Source: Bdellovibrionota bacterium
GTDB lineage: Bacteria > Bdellovibrionota_C > UBA2361
Assembly (NCBI GenBank): GCA_044352465.1
Contig: JBILDU010000024.1
Location: forward strand, 1 to 34,988
Reading direction: 5' to 3'
DNA length: 34,988 nucleotides
Part shown: positions 1-9,685 of the stretch, in pieces
Position numbering within the stretch: the first letter of the stretch is position 1
Layout of the letters: each line of letters starts with the position of its first letter
Program-made: the position numbers and the translations under genes
The notes under the pieces: model-generated
What the model saw: only the letters and a program-made list of their open reading frames with translations
Database searches by the model: none
Told to the model about the DNA's origin: nothing

Positions 1-690
1 CAGCATATACCAATTCGCCACAACGATAGAGAGCGCCAGGGTCAGGATCGGAGTGACAGTTCCCCCGAGCAGCGCCGCGATTGGGAGAGGGACGATGAGA
101 GCTGGGGAGAGCGGGTCGATGCTTGCGAGGGAGATGAGGACGACATCGTAGCTTTGCATCAGTGCTGGCAAAAGCAGGAACACCAGAGGGAGGAACCAAG
201 CTAAGGCGTGGTCGCGGGTAAACTCGGCGGCGCGCCCGAGCGCCGGCATGCTCTCGATTCGCTCGACGATAATCACTTCGGGTATGGCGTTGAAAACGAA
301 GGCGAGCCCAAGCCCTAAGAAGAGTAGGAAAGTTTTGTCGATACCTTGGAGGAGTGAGCCTACCACGAATTGGATAATAAAAAAGACGAACGCAACGCTG
401 ATGACCGTAAAGAACATTCCGTAATCGAACCCGAGCAGCGAGCGTAGCGAGAGCTTCTCCCGCTCCACCGTCGCAGCAAGCCAGGAATAGTGGAGTGATA
501 GAACAGCTACCTGAGCCATCCCGACCAGCATTCCCCCAGCGATGCCGAGACTCCCGAAGGTGTTTCGGATAACGATGATAAGAATCGCCAGAGCAATAGA
601 GCCGATGAGGATCGGCCAGTTGCGGCGGAGCCCCTGGGTAGCCTCGTATGCCGCTGCACGGTAGAGGGCAAGCAGAGAGCTTTTACTCAT
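1..690 (-). CDS. Multi-pass membrane protein of unknown function (3'-truncated by the window edge; absent from the ORF track)
   Basis: ATG at 688-690 overlaps the end of pcnB (ATGAGTAA). The frame is open for 230 codons to base 1: MSKSSLLALYRAAAYEATQGLRRNWPILIGSIALAILIIVIR...FNAIPEVII...WFLPLVFLLLP..., with several hydrophobic helices. Confidence 0.8.
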   Translation of the reverse strand, partial: MSKSSLLALYRAAAYEATQGLRRNWPILIGSIALAILIIVIRNTFGSLGIAGGMLVGMAQVAVLSLHYSWLAATVEREKLSLRSLLGFDYGMFFTVISVAFVFFIIQFVVGSLLQGIDKTFLLFLGLGLAFVFNAIPEVIIVERIESMPALGRAAEFTRDHALAWFLPLVFLLLPALMQSYDVVLISLASIDPLSPALIVPLPIAALLGGTVTPILTLALSIVVANWYML

Positions 691-2092
691 GACTCACCCG
701 GCGACGGCGCCGACGACGGCGGTTTTTTTGAGTTTCGTTCTCCTCCGCTAAGGGGGAGAGCTCCGCGGTCTCGCTGCCTGCGGTTGCTTCGTCTGGGGAA
801 GAGCCGCGTCGGCTGCGGCCCCCGCGCCGTCCCCGACGGCGTCCCCGTCCGCGGGGGAACTCGTCGTCGGCGTCCTCGTCGATCTCTGGGCGGAGCGCCT
901 GGGCCGCCTCGATGAGATCGCTGGAGATGGGGGCATATCCGAGCATAAGCAGGAGGGGCTGAAGATCCTCAGCCCCCTCACGGCGGAGCGCTCGCCCGAG
1001 TCGTTGGGGCGAGTAAGGTGGTTTGCCAAGGTCAAACCAGATATTCAAAAGATGCTCCACCCTTTCCCGTTCTTTTCGGGGAACCGCAAGCCTCGTAAAG
1101 CAACCTTTCATAAACTCAGTCGGTGCATTTTGCGGATCATCGAGCGCGTAAGGATCGGGCCGAGCGATTGCTCCGGAAGAGAAAAGAGCCAGGAGGGCCA
1201 ATACCGCTGTCGGTGATGGCGCGGTGCCGGCGTGCACAAGCTCGTCAGCCCGTTGGAGGCACTCAGTGAAGCGGCTACCGTATTTTAAGAGCTGACCGTC
1301 GTTCGCTTCGATCTCGGGGAGGAGGTGTTGCAGAAGTTGGTGCGCATGGAGAAGTTGGAGGATCGTACAGAAATGGCCACAGACCAGATCTTTCTTAAGC
1401 TCCTCGTACACCCGCATCGTTGAGCTCGTGGTGATGAGGTGATGATTTCGTAGGATCGACTCACGGCAAGCTGGATCGATCTGAAAGCCGCTGCGAGCGG
1501 CATGGCGTACCACTCGCACGAGCCGCACCGGATCCTCGGCAAAGCGGACGTCGGGATCGCCGATGATCCGAACAATGCCGGCATGAAGATCCCGTACTCC
1601 GCCGACGTAGTCGATAATCGAAAACGTCGAGAGGTCGTAAAACAAACCGTTGATCGTCAGGTCGCGCCGGAGCGCATCGGTCGCCTCAGTGCCGTAGCGA
1701 TTATCTCCGATCGATTTGCGATCGTCGCTCGACTCTCCCTCGGCCGTTTCGTCAACGCTCGCGTCCCGAAACGTAGCTACCTCGATGATTTTGCTCCCCC
1801 GAAAGAACACGTGAACGAGCTTGAAGCGGCGCCCAATAATGCGACTATTACTGAATATCGCTTTCACGCGGCGTGGGGTGGCGTCGGTGGCGATGTCAAA
1901 GTCTTTCGGCTTCTTGTTGAGCAACAGGTCTCGGACTCCTCCCCCGACGAGAAAAGCCTTGAAGCCGTAGTGAATCAGTCGGTACATGATCTTAATCGCG
2001 TCGGGATCGATCATCGACCGTGAGATGTTGTGTTGATTTCGTGAGTAGATGACCGGAGTGTGTGGAGCCGGTGCAGAAGTGTCGCTTGTCAT
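683..2092 (-). CDS. pcnB: Poly(A) polymerase I
   Basis: Class II nucleotidyltransferase motifs VGGGVRDLLL..KDFDI, RRDLTIN and EDPVR; PAP-diagnostic IIGRRFKLVHV signature; Arg-rich C-terminal tail. Confidence 0.92.
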   Translation of the reverse strand: MTSDTSAPAPHTPVIYSRNQHNISRSMIDPDAIKIMYRLIHYGFKAFLVGGGVRDLLLNKKPKDFDIATDATPRRVKAIFSNSRIIGRRFKLVHVFFRGSKIIEVATFRDASVDETAEGESSDDRKSIGDNRYGTEATDALRRDLTINGLFYDLSTFSIIDYVGGVRDLHAGIVRIIGDPDVRFAEDPVRLVRVVRHAARSGFQIDPACRESILRNHHLITTSSTMRVYEELKKDLVCGHFCTILQLLHAHQLLQHLLPEIEANDGQLLKYGSRFTECLQRADELVHAGTAPSPTAVLALLALFSSGAIARPDPYALDDPQNAPTEFMKGCFTRLAVPRKERERVEHLLNIWFDLGKPPYSPQRLGRALRREGAEDLQPLLLMLGYAPISSDLIEAAQALRPEIDEDADDEFPRGRGRRRGRRGGRSRRGSSPDEATAGSETAELSPLAEENETQKNRRRRRRRRVSHE

Positions 2093-2226
2093 TCGTCGTC
2101 TATTGAGGGCGCCAGCTGCTCTCTATTAAGCGCTGTATCGGGGCCTAACCCAACGCCACGATGGGTGTACCATAATAACGCTCTTTCTAGGAGTAGGCCG
2201 GGATAAAAAGAGTGATTTAAAGCCTG

Positions 2227-2240
2227 GCATTTTAAAATGC
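2227..2240. promoter_or_regulatory. Perfect 14-bp palindrome GCATTTTAAAATGC, candidate operator
   Basis: Self-complementary, AT-rich, and located in the divergent intergenic region between pcnB and the small ORF. Confidence 0.35.
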
Positions 2241-2412
2241 GTAGCGTAATCAGGCGGTTGCTTTAAGGAGCTTCCCCTTGGCGGTGGGGGAGTAGGTTAA
2301 GAAAACTCGCTATGAAGACCGGGCTCAAGCCCGGCGGTCCATCGGTCGAAATAGTTCACTAGAGACGTATGTGTGGTTTTCGGGTGGTGCGAAGTGTGGC
2401 GCAGCATCCCGG

Positions 2413-2436
2413 TGGTAATCCTCGGGAGGATTACCA
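2413..2436. repeat. Perfect inverted repeat TGGTAATCCTC-GG-GAGGATTACCA
   Basis: 11-bp arms read directly from the sequence, about 85 nt upstream of the ATG at 2521. Confidence 0.6.
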
Positions 2437-2520
2437 AACGAGACAAACGAGCCTTTTCTTAGTGAGTCGTAGACGAAGAGGCCTCCGGTTACTTTGCTAC
2501 GAACTCATGGAGGAGTTTTT

Positions 2521-2742
2521 ATGGGACGACCGCTCTACCCCTATGAACTAGGGGATCCTGATTTTTCTTGGTTGCTTTCAAGTTTTCAAGAGAACAACCC
2601 CGGCTGGATTATGATCGAAGCGACGAATCTGCCGGTCGTGTTGCTCCAGTCGGCCACGGGCGCGCTGAGCGTTCCGATAGCGCTGCCCCCAGCGGCGCGT
2701 GCTGAGGTAAGCGAAGACGCACTGGAGAAGCCTGAGCCGTAA
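2521..2742 (+). CDS. Small hypothetical protein, 73 aa (MGRPLYPYELGDPDFSWLLSSFQENNPG...)
   Basis: Strong SD GGAGGAG (2509-2515) 5 nt before ATG 2521; fills an intergenic gap; followed by a hairpin. Confidence 0.7.
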   Translation: MGRPLYPYELGDPDFSWLLSSFQENNPGWIMIEATNLPVVLLQSATGALSVPIALPPAARAEVSEDALEKPEP

Positions 2743-2756
2743 CGCTTGTGGCGGCA

Positions 2757-2784
2757 CCTTGGTTCGCACCGCTGCGAACCAAGG
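2757..2784. terminator. 12-bp stem hairpin between convergent genes (candidate bidirectional terminator)
   Basis: CCTTGGTTCGCA-ccgc-TGCGAACCAAGG; no U-tract on either side. Confidence 0.55.
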
Positions 2785-2785
2785 C

Positions 2786-4165
2786 CTAAGCAACGAGACT
2801 CGACTTTATAGACTCTATTTCGCTCGTCACCAAATTTTGGTACTCCGCGAGTCGAGCGGCTGAGTCGGCCTCGAACCGCAGGACCAGCACAGGCTGAGTG
2901 TTTGAGGCGCGGATAAGCCCCCAGCCGTGTTCAAAGTTGATGCGGACTCCGTCGATGGTGTTCACCTCGTAGTCTTTAAAACGCTCCTTCGCCCTCTCAG
3001 GGATCTTAAACTTCATGTTTTCGGGGCAGTCGACCCGTATCTCTGGGGTCGAGACCGCCTTCGGCAGATCGGCAAGGAGTTGCGACGCAGCTTTGTCGGT
3101 GTGACTGAGGATCTCCACGAGCCGGCTGCTCGAGTAGATCGCGTCGTCGAACCCGAAAAAGCGGTGCTTGAAAAAGATATGACCGCTCATCTCGCCACCG
3201 AGCTCGCCCTTGATCTCACGGAGCTTATTCTTAATCAGCGAGTGTCCGGTCTTCCACATGATAGCGTTGCCTCCGCGAGCGACCAGATCGGAGAATAGTC
3301 GCCCCGAGCACTTCACGTCGCCGATAATAGTTGCGCCGGGAACTTTCTCGAGAATCGAACGGCCGTAGATAAGGAGCAGCATGTCTCCGAATATCACGTT
3401 GCCCTGTTCGTCGACGGCACCGATGCGATCCGCATCGCCGTCCCATCCGATACCAAGGTCTGCACCCGTTTTCTTAACCGTGGCGATGAGTTCCTCGATG
3501 TTTTCAAGGACGGTCGGGTCGGGGTGGTGATTGGGGAAGCGTCCGTCCGGCTCACAGTACAATTCAATAACCTCGAGTCCGAGTCCTCGTAGTACCTTCG
3601 GGCCGACCATGCCGCCCACGCCGTTGCCGGCATCGACGACGACTTTGAGCTTGCGGTTACCCATGTGGGGTTTCGAATTATCGATCAGCGCCTGGATGTA
3701 TTCCTCTTGAATCTCCAGAGGTTTGATCGTTCCCGGCGTGGCGGCAGGCTTGATGCCGCTGAGCTTCACCATTCGTTGATACAGGTCTTGAATGCCCTCT
3801 CCAGAGAGGGTCAATTCACCGAGGCAGATCTTAAACCCGTTCATGTCTGGCGGGTTGTGGCTTCCCGTGACCTGAATCCCTCCACCTAATTTATGGGCAA
3901 AGATGGTGTAGTAAAGCTGTGGCGTGGGGCCCATTCCCGTATGCAGCACGTTGAGTCCCTCGTCCGCGATTCCGCGAGCAAGAGCTTGGGCGTACCCGGG
4001 GGAGCTTATACGGCAATCGTGACCTACCGCGATATTTTGGCGGTGGTTCTCTCGCGCCAGCGTGCCGTAAGCCCGGCCAAGAAGGTAGGCAAAGTCCTCG
4101 CTGAGGTCAGCGCCAACAACACCACGGATGTCGTATTCGCGAAAAATATGGGGTTCGATCTTCAT
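2786..4165 (-). CDS. algC: Phosphomannomutase/phosphoglucomutase (AlgC-type)
   Basis: IFREYDIRG start, phosphoserine loop TGSHNP, metal loop DGDADR, GEMSGH and C-terminal RASNTQP. Confidence 0.9.
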   Translation of the reverse strand: MKIEPHIFREYDIRGVVGADLSEDFAYLLGRAYGTLARENHRQNIAVGHDCRISSPGYAQALARGIADEGLNVLHTGMGPTPQLYYTIFAHKLGGGIQVTGSHNPPDMNGFKICLGELTLSGEGIQDLYQRMVKLSGIKPAATPGTIKPLEIQEEYIQALIDNSKPHMGNRKLKVVVDAGNGVGGMVGPKVLRGLGLEVIELYCEPDGRFPNHHPDPTVLENIEELIATVKKTGADLGIGWDGDADRIGAVDEQGNVIFGDMLLLIYGRSILEKVPGATIIGDVKCSGRLFSDLVARGGNAIMWKTGHSLIKNKLREIKGELGGEMSGHIFFKHRFFGFDDAIYSSSRLVEILSHTDKAASQLLADLPKAVSTPEIRVDCPENMKFKIPERAKERFKDYEVNTIDGVRINFEHGWGLIRASNTQPVLVLRFEADSAARLAEYQNLVTSEIESIKSSLVA

Positions 4166-4185
4166 AACGCACTCCGACGAGGGAA

Positions 4186-5169
4186 TTAAATCTTTCGATC
4201 CACTGAGTGAGCCTTGTACAGCTCGGTGGTAAAGTAGCTCTCGACCTTCTGGCGAGCTTTTTGCTCCTTGAGCGTCTTCCGAACGTCCTCAAGGAGGCGA
4301 GTGCTTTCCTCGGTGTCCGACTCGCTAAAGCGCTCATCGACCCAAAAAAGGTGCCATCCCTGGGCTGTTCGGGTTATTTCCGATACTTCGCCGCTCTTCA
4401 GCGAAAACACCGCGTCGAATATCTCAGGGCTCAGGTCCTTCTCGGCAACCACCCCAAGTAATCCTCCCTCGGTTCGATCAATACCCTCCGAAACCTCCGC
4501 GGCGACTGCACGAAAGTCCTCGCCACCTTGGATACGTGTCTTGGCGTTTTGAAGTATCTCACGCGCAGCTGCCTCACTTCGTGACGACGGCGAGAGGACG
4601 ATCTGGCGGAGTTTCAGTTTGGCACCGGCGCGGGCGAATTCAGGGTGCTCTGCTAAGAACTGCTCCACCTCCCGTTCCGTCACTGCCACGCCCGCTTGCA
4701 TGAGCGAGCCGGTGATCCGTGAACGGAGGATGTCGGTCTTGATCTGACGTCGGTACTCCGCAAAGTCACGTTTCTCTTCGGCGAGCGCAGCTTTAAATGC
4801 CTCGATAGACAGATTGTTCCGGTTCGCGATTTCGCCGACGTAACGATCAACCTCAGCATCGCTCGCCGTCATTTTCCGAGCGGCTGCTTCTGCCTCGATC
4901 AATCGCTCGAACACCAGGGCGTCAACCGCGCGCTGCGCAGCAACATCGGTCGCAATTTCCTGGAGGGTCAGGGATTTCCGGCCGCCGAGGCGGCGCATAA
5001 CATCACTGAGCGTAATCGGTTGATCGTTAACACTCGCCACCACTGAGTCGATGACAAATTCGGTGGGAGTTGCCGCTGCGTCACCGGGATGGAGCAGCGG
5101 GACGAGCATAAGGACCGAGAGCGTGCGTGCAAGGGCGGTCGGGATGATGAGTCGATAACGTGCCAACAT
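4186..5169 (-). CDS. surA: SurA-like periplasmic chaperone/parvulin PPIase
   Basis: Signal peptide, IDSVVASVNDQPITLSD SurA N-terminal motif, and one rotamase domain (FRAVAAEVSE..GGLLG..GEVSEITRTAQGWHL); downstream of mfd. Confidence 0.85.
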   Translation of the reverse strand: MLARYRLIIPTALARTLSVLMLVPLLHPGDAAATPTEFVIDSVVASVNDQPITLSDVMRRLGGRKSLTLQEIATDVAAQRAVDALVFERLIEAEAAARKMTASDAEVDRYVGEIANRNNLSIEAFKAALAEEKRDFAEYRRQIKTDILRSRITGSLMQAGVAVTEREVEQFLAEHPEFARAGAKLKLRQIVLSPSSRSEAAAREILQNAKTRIQGGEDFRAVAAEVSEGIDRTEGGLLGVVAEKDLSPEIFDAVFSLKSGEVSEITRTAQGWHLFWVDERFSESDTEESTRLLEDVRKTLKEQKARQKVESYFTTELYKAHSVDRKI

Positions 5170-5392
5170 GGCGGTATCTTATTGAAGTCGTGGGGGGATG
5201 GCAAGGAATCGGGGAGGGGTGAAGTGGTTGAAAAGTCGGCCTAAAATAGCTTGTGGTCGTCGTCTGAATCGCTGCGAGCGTCAAACTAGACGCCACCCCG
5301 TTTTCGCGCGGTGCGCTGTTCGGCCGAGAAGGTGCGGTTCGGCGACAGTCCGTCAGTCCCCAGGGGGCAGTGAAAAAAGCGCCTTTATCGGT

Positions 5393-8300
5393 CTAAGGGC
5401 GGGACAGTGGAGGCCGAGGCACGTCTCTGCGCTCGGCGGCGATAAGTTCGAGGACCTCTTCCGTGAGGGCATGCACCTGACTCGGCTGATCGATCTCCAC
5501 GACATTGAGCTCGATGGTGAATGTTAAGTTTTTGGAAAACTTATACCGTGCCGGGTTGCGATTGACGAGCGCGAGCATTTTCGTTGCATCGATCGGTGCT
5601 CGCGGAGAGAACACCAGCCGCAGCTTACCGTGAGCGAATTCGGCGGTCACGATTCCGTAGGTACGAAGCAACGACCGAAACGCCATGAGTTCGATCAGAT
5701 TTTGCGTCTCGCGTCCCATCGGCCCAAAGCGATCCTCAATCTCGTCACCGAGGTCGAGCGCCTCTTGGCGTGAAAGAACGGCGGCGAGGCGTTGGTAGAG
5801 AACGAGCCGCTCGGAGACATCCGGTACATAGGCATCGGGGATAAACGCCGGCATGCCGAGTTTGACCTCGGGGTCGATGACTTCTTCGATCGCGAGCTCT
5901 TCCCCTTTGAGGTTGAGCACCGCCTCTTTAAGGATCTTGCTATACAGGTCGAATCCAACTGAGAGAACGGTCCCACTCTGTTCCTTCCCGAGAAGGTTTC
6001 CCGCCCCTCTAATCTCGAGATCGCGAATGGCGAGATTAAATCCTATGCCGAGATCGTCGAGCGATTGGAGCACTTTGAGCCGCTTTTGCGCGTCGGCGCC
6101 GAGACTCCGCGCTCCGGGGACAAGAAAATAAGCGTAAGCTTGGCGGGTGCTTCGTCCCACTCGACCACGGAGTTGATAGAGCTGGGCTAATCCGAACATA
6201 TCGGCCCGGTCGATGACGATAGTGTTCACATTCGGCAGGTCGAGCCCCGATTCGATAATAGTCGTGGTGACGAGGACGTCGAACTCACGTTGCATAAAGC
6301 GATGCATAATTTTTTCAAGCTTACCCTCCTCCATCTGACCGTGGGCGAACTCGAATCGCGCCTCAGGGATGAGCTCAGCCAGTCGGGCGGTGACGACAGG
6401 GAGGCTATCGATGCGATTATGAACAAAAAAACTCTGCCCGCCTCTTTGTAATTCCCGCACGATAGCGTCCCGAATAATCGAGTCGTTGTGAGTCGCGGTA
6501 TAGGTTCGCACTACTTTGCGATCGTGCGGTGGGGTGGTGATGACGCTGATGTCACGAATACCCAGGAGCGACATGTGGAGTGTGCGCGGGATCGGAGTGG
6601 CGGTGAGGCTCAAGACATCCACCTGCTTCTTCATCTGCTTGAGTCGCTCCTTCTGTTTGACACCAAAGCGGTGTTCCTCATCGATGATGACGAGCCCGAG
6701 GTCTTTAAAGACGACGTCCCGTTGGAGGAGCCGGTGAGTTCCCACAATAATATCGATCTCGCCCCATGCTAATTGGTCGAGAGTCGCGCGATTTTCGGCG
6801 GGAGAGTAAAAACGGCTCACCGCGCCAACGCGAGCATCGTACCCCATGAGGCGCTCCGCAAATGCGCGGCGATGCTGCTCGACTAAGATCGTGGTGGGAA
6901 CGAGCACCGCCACCTGCCGGGCGTGTTGCACCGCTTTAAAGCCAGCCCGGAGCGCTACCTCTGTTTTGCCGAATCCCACGTCTCCGCAGACGAGTCGATC
7001 CATCGGGCGCTCACTCGCCATATCTCGAACCGTATCTTGAATCGCCGCTTCTTGGTCGGGGGTCTCTTCAAAAGCAAAGCCGTCGGCAAACCGTTCATCC
7101 TCAGCACCGAACGGTTCGTAGCGCCATCCTTTGGCAACACTGCGTTGGGCATAGAGTTTGATCAAATCACCAGCGAGAGCGACGACCGATTCGCGGACCT
7201 TCTGGCGTGTCTTGACCCAACGGGTTGATCCAAGTTTGTCGAGGACCGGGCGTTGCCCCTCCGCGGCGACAAACTTTTGGATCTTCCCGATATTTTGAAC
7301 GGGGAGATAGAGTTTGCTGTCAGCATACTCGATATGGAGAAAGTCACTTTCGGCGCCCTCTATATTAAGGTGTTTCAGCCCATGGTAGACCCCGATTCCG
7401 TAATCGGTATGGACGATGAAGTCACCTTCAGCGAGTTGGGCGAGTGTCCCCATGATCTTTTTGATGCTGAGGGTTCGCGACTTCGCGCGCCGGTGCGACC
7501 GCTCGCTGAATATCTCGCTCTCGGCGATGAAGACGAGTTGCTCACGCGGGAGCTGAAAGCCCGCTGAGAGGGTGCCCTCAATGATCGAAACTCGGGTGCG
7601 GTGGGGGGAGTCGATCCATTCGAGCCCGCCGAGCTTTGTCGGGACGGCTTCGATCCCGATATCGAGAAGAAGCTTTTGCAGCCGTTCGGCCCGGTGTGGT
7701 GAGCCCACGACAAACGCAATCGAAAATCCGTGGTCGATCCACGTCACCAATTTCTCGCGGAGGGGGAGTAACGCTTTGCCCGAGCCGGCTTTTGATTTGA
7801 GGCGAGTGGTGAGTTCGGTTAAAGAGAAGGATTGAATCGAAGTGGGGGGGCGACTGTCGATGCCCTCGCCGCTATCATCAAGAAGCTCAAGCTGATCGAT
7901 GATCGCGCTCGTGCGGGGAGAGATGTGGGCACGCACTTCAGCTGGCGTGAGGTAAAGGGTCTCGATAGTCGGCACGAGGTAGTGCTCGGCGGCCATTCTC
8001 TTGCCCCGCTCCTCGACCAGTTCGTAGTATTCGTCGAGGGCCTGGCGAATTCCGAGCTCGTCGCAAACGATGACAGAGCTTTCCGTCGGAAGGTAGTCAA
8101 AGAAGGTTTCATAACCGGGGCTGCCGATCGCTTCGATAAGCTCGAGTGCGGGATAGTCAGTCCCCGTGCGGAGAGCGCTCATCGCCCGAGCGATCTCCCG
8201 TGGTGGTGTTTCGAGTTTTTTCCCCCGAGTTTTAAGCCGATCGGTTGCGGAATGCAGGGCGGCACCCGTCAAACGGGGCGGTAGCTCCCGCACCGGAAGG

Positions 8301-8899
8301 ACGGTAATACGATCGAGCGAGTCGGTGGAGCGCTGTGATTCCGGCTCGAAAAGCCGCAGAGCTTGGATTTCCGCCCCGTGAAACTCAATCCGGACGGGGA
8401 GGGGGGATGTCGCGGGGAAGAAGTCGATGACTTGCCCGCGTATGGCGAGATCACCGAGATTCTCGACAAGGGAGACCTCTTGATATCCGGCTTGTCGAAA
8501 GCGTGGCCCGAGTTCTGCCACCGTGCCGAGTTGGCCGAGCGTCAGCTCAAAACGGAGCTGTTGGAGCGCTGCGCGGGGCACGATTCGCTGGATCAGAGCC
8601 TCGGCCGGTGCCACAATTATCTTTGGTGTGGGCATCTCAAGCGAGAGAAGGGTTTCGATGCGCTGGGCTGAAACCTCGGTTTGGGGGGATACCGTCTCAA
8701 AGGGGAGGGTATCCCACGCTGCGAGTTGCTTTATCTCGGCACCGCCAAGAAAGAATTTGAGGTCGTGAACGAGATCCTCTCCAGCTGCTCGATCCTTACA
8801 GAGGATCACGACGCAGCGCCGATCGCGCACGAAGCGGGCAAGGAGCCACGCCCGCGCAGCGCCGAATAATCCTACATAGCGTTCGATCTCGTTTCTCAT
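5393..8899 (-). CDS. mfd: Transcription-repair coupling factor (start ATG 8899 or GTG 8935)
   Basis: UvrB-homology N-terminus, RID (HTDYGIG), [48 protein letters not shown] and C-terminal TRCF domain. Confidence 0.97.
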   Translation of the reverse strand: MRNEIERYVGLFGAARAWLLARFVRDRRCVVILCKDRAAGEDLVHDLKFFLGGAEIKQLAAWDTLPFETVSPQTEVSAQRIETLLSLEMPTPKIIVAPAEALIQRIVPRAALQQLRFELTLGQLGTVAELGPRFRQAGYQEVSLVENLGDLAIRGQVIDFFPATSPLPVRIEFHGAEIQALRLFEPESQRSTDSLDRITVLPVRELPPRLTGAALHSATDRLKTRGKKLETPPREIARAMSALRTGTDYPALELIEAIGSPGYETFFDYLPTESSVIVCDELGIRQALDEYYELVEERGKRMAAEHYLVPTIETLYLTPAEVRAHISPRTSAIIDQLELLDDSGEGIDSRPPTSIQSFSLTELTTRLKSKAGSGKALLPLREKLVTWIDHGFSIAFVVGSPHRAERLQKLLLDIGIEAVPTKLGGLEWIDSPHRTRVSIIEGTLSAGFQLPREQLVFIAESEIFSERSHRRAKSRTLSIKKIMGTLAQLAEGDFIVHTDYGIGVYHGLKHLNIEGAESDFLHIEYADSKLYLPVQNIGKIQKFVAAEGQRPVLDKLGSTRWVKTRQKVRESVVALAGDLIKLYAQRSVAKGWRYEPFGAEDERFADGFAFEETPDQEAAIQDTVRDMASERPMDRLVCGDVGFGKTEVALRAGFKAVQHARQVAVLVPTTILVEQHRRAFAERLMGYDARVGAVSRFYSPAENRATLDQLAWGEIDIIVGTHRLLQRDVVFKDLGLVIIDEEHRFGVKQKERLKQMKKQVDVLSLTATPIPRTLHMSLLGIRDISVITTPPHDRKVVRTYTATHNDSIIRDAIVRELQRGGQSFFVHNRIDSLPVVTARLAELIPEARFEFAHGQMEEGKLEKIMHRFMQREFDVLVTTTIIESGLDLPNVNTIVIDRADMFGLAQLYQLRGRVGRSTRQAYAYFLVPGARSLGADAQKRLKVLQSLDDLGIGFNLAIRDLEIRGAGNLLGKEQSGTVLSVGFDLYSKILKEAVLNLKGEELAIEEVIDPEVKLGMPAFIPDAYVPDVSERLVLYQRLAAVLSRQEALDLGDEIEDRFGPMGRETQNLIELMAFRSLLRTYGIVTAEFAHGKLRLVFSPRAPIDATKMLALVNRNPARYKFSKNLTFTIELNVVEIDQPSQVHALTEEVLELIAAERRDVPRPPLSRP

Positions 8900-9001
8900 T
8901 ATACTCGCTTCACGATCTCTCCGAATGAGCCCCACGGCGACAAGTGGAGGAGAGGTTCGGTCTTCTAGTTAACTATAGCGAAGAGTTCTGGCTGCGTCAG
9001 T

Positions 9002-9069
9002 CTTTCTAACTAAAAGACCTTTCTAACTAAAAGACCTGTCTGACTAAAAGACTGGTGTGACTAAAAGAG
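9002..9069. repeat. Tandem repeat, 4 x 17 bp, invariant core ACTAAAAGA
   Basis: Units are CTTTCTAACTAAAAGAC, CTTTCTAACTAAAAGAC, CTGTCTGACTAAAAGAC and TGGTGTGACTAAAAGAG. Confidence 0.9.
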
Positions 9070-9190
9070 CTTCAGAACCAGGAAAGGGGGCGGTCGTTGT
9101 CGGGCCGGCCGTTCCCCGCAAAAGGCTTCCCGTGCAGCCGTGTGCTCGCTGAGCGATTCGAAGTGGGAGACCGATTAAGGTCAGGACTTT

Positions 9191-9397
9191 ATGGTGCGAT
9201 ACAAGGGAGATATCACTCCACAAGATCGGGGCTTTGAGGCGCTCTCGCCCGGTCGTTCGCGCGGCTCGACACTCCTTGAGTACGTTATTCTGGTGGGCTT
9301 TGTGGCGCTGGTCTGCGTTGGAGCGATGCAGGTGGTGGGGCGTCGTATGTCCGAATCTTTTAGTCGGGTCGCGAGCGGCTTTGACACAAACCCCTAA
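9191..9397 (+). CDS. flp: Flp-family (Tad/type IVc) prepilin
   Basis: 68 aa; hydrophilic leader, then G|STLLEY Flp motif and a hydrophobic helix (VILVGFVALVCVGAM); AGGA SD upstream. Confidence 0.8.
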   Translation: MVRYKGDITPQDRGFEALSPGRSRGSTLLEYVILVGFVALVCVGAMQVVGRRMSESFSRVASGFDTNP

Positions 9398-9530
9398 GGC
9401 GACAGCTCTTCCGCCGGTAGTCAAAAGTTCGTCCGTGCGGTGACCCATAATTTTCTCCTCCGTTTTGATAACAGCCTGGTTTTATTCGCTATCTTCGCGC
9501 TTCGGTCGAGTGGGATGGCGGCTTCGGTGT

Positions 9531-9557
9531 TTATCTCTTCAGCGAGGATGCCGATAA
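9531..9557 (+). promoter_or_regulatory. Possible sigma28 (FliA)-type promoter upstream of pilT
   Basis: Perfect -10 GCCGATAA (9550-9557); -35 position 15 nt upstream is TTAT, a weak match to TAAA. Confidence 0.25.
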
Positions 9558-9685
9558 GTAAAGGAGGGCTCTCGGGCGACTCGGCGCGTTCGTTCCGGAG
9601 AGGTTCCCTTCCCCCGAATCTCCCGTGCCAATTCGCACCCATCGTGGGGGGCGCGTGAGTTCGTGAATAGCTTTGTGCTTCAACT

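Noticed and set aside
683..2092. CCA-adding enzyme
   Set aside because: The PAP-specific GRRF signature is present and there is no HD domain.
2225..2240. Sigma54 promoter (TGGCA...TGC)
   Set aside because: GG-to-GC spacing is 11 nt rather than the required 10.
9002..9069. Mini CRISPR array or plasmid iterons
   Set aside because: Units are contiguous with no unique spacers, are too short for CRISPR repeats, and no cas or rep gene is nearby.
9614..9632. Minus-strand sigma54 promoter TTGGCACG
   Set aside because: No GC at the -12 position.
9440..9658. 72-aa ORF between flp and pilT
   Set aside because: GTG start without an SD and no motif; probably non-coding regulatory DNA.
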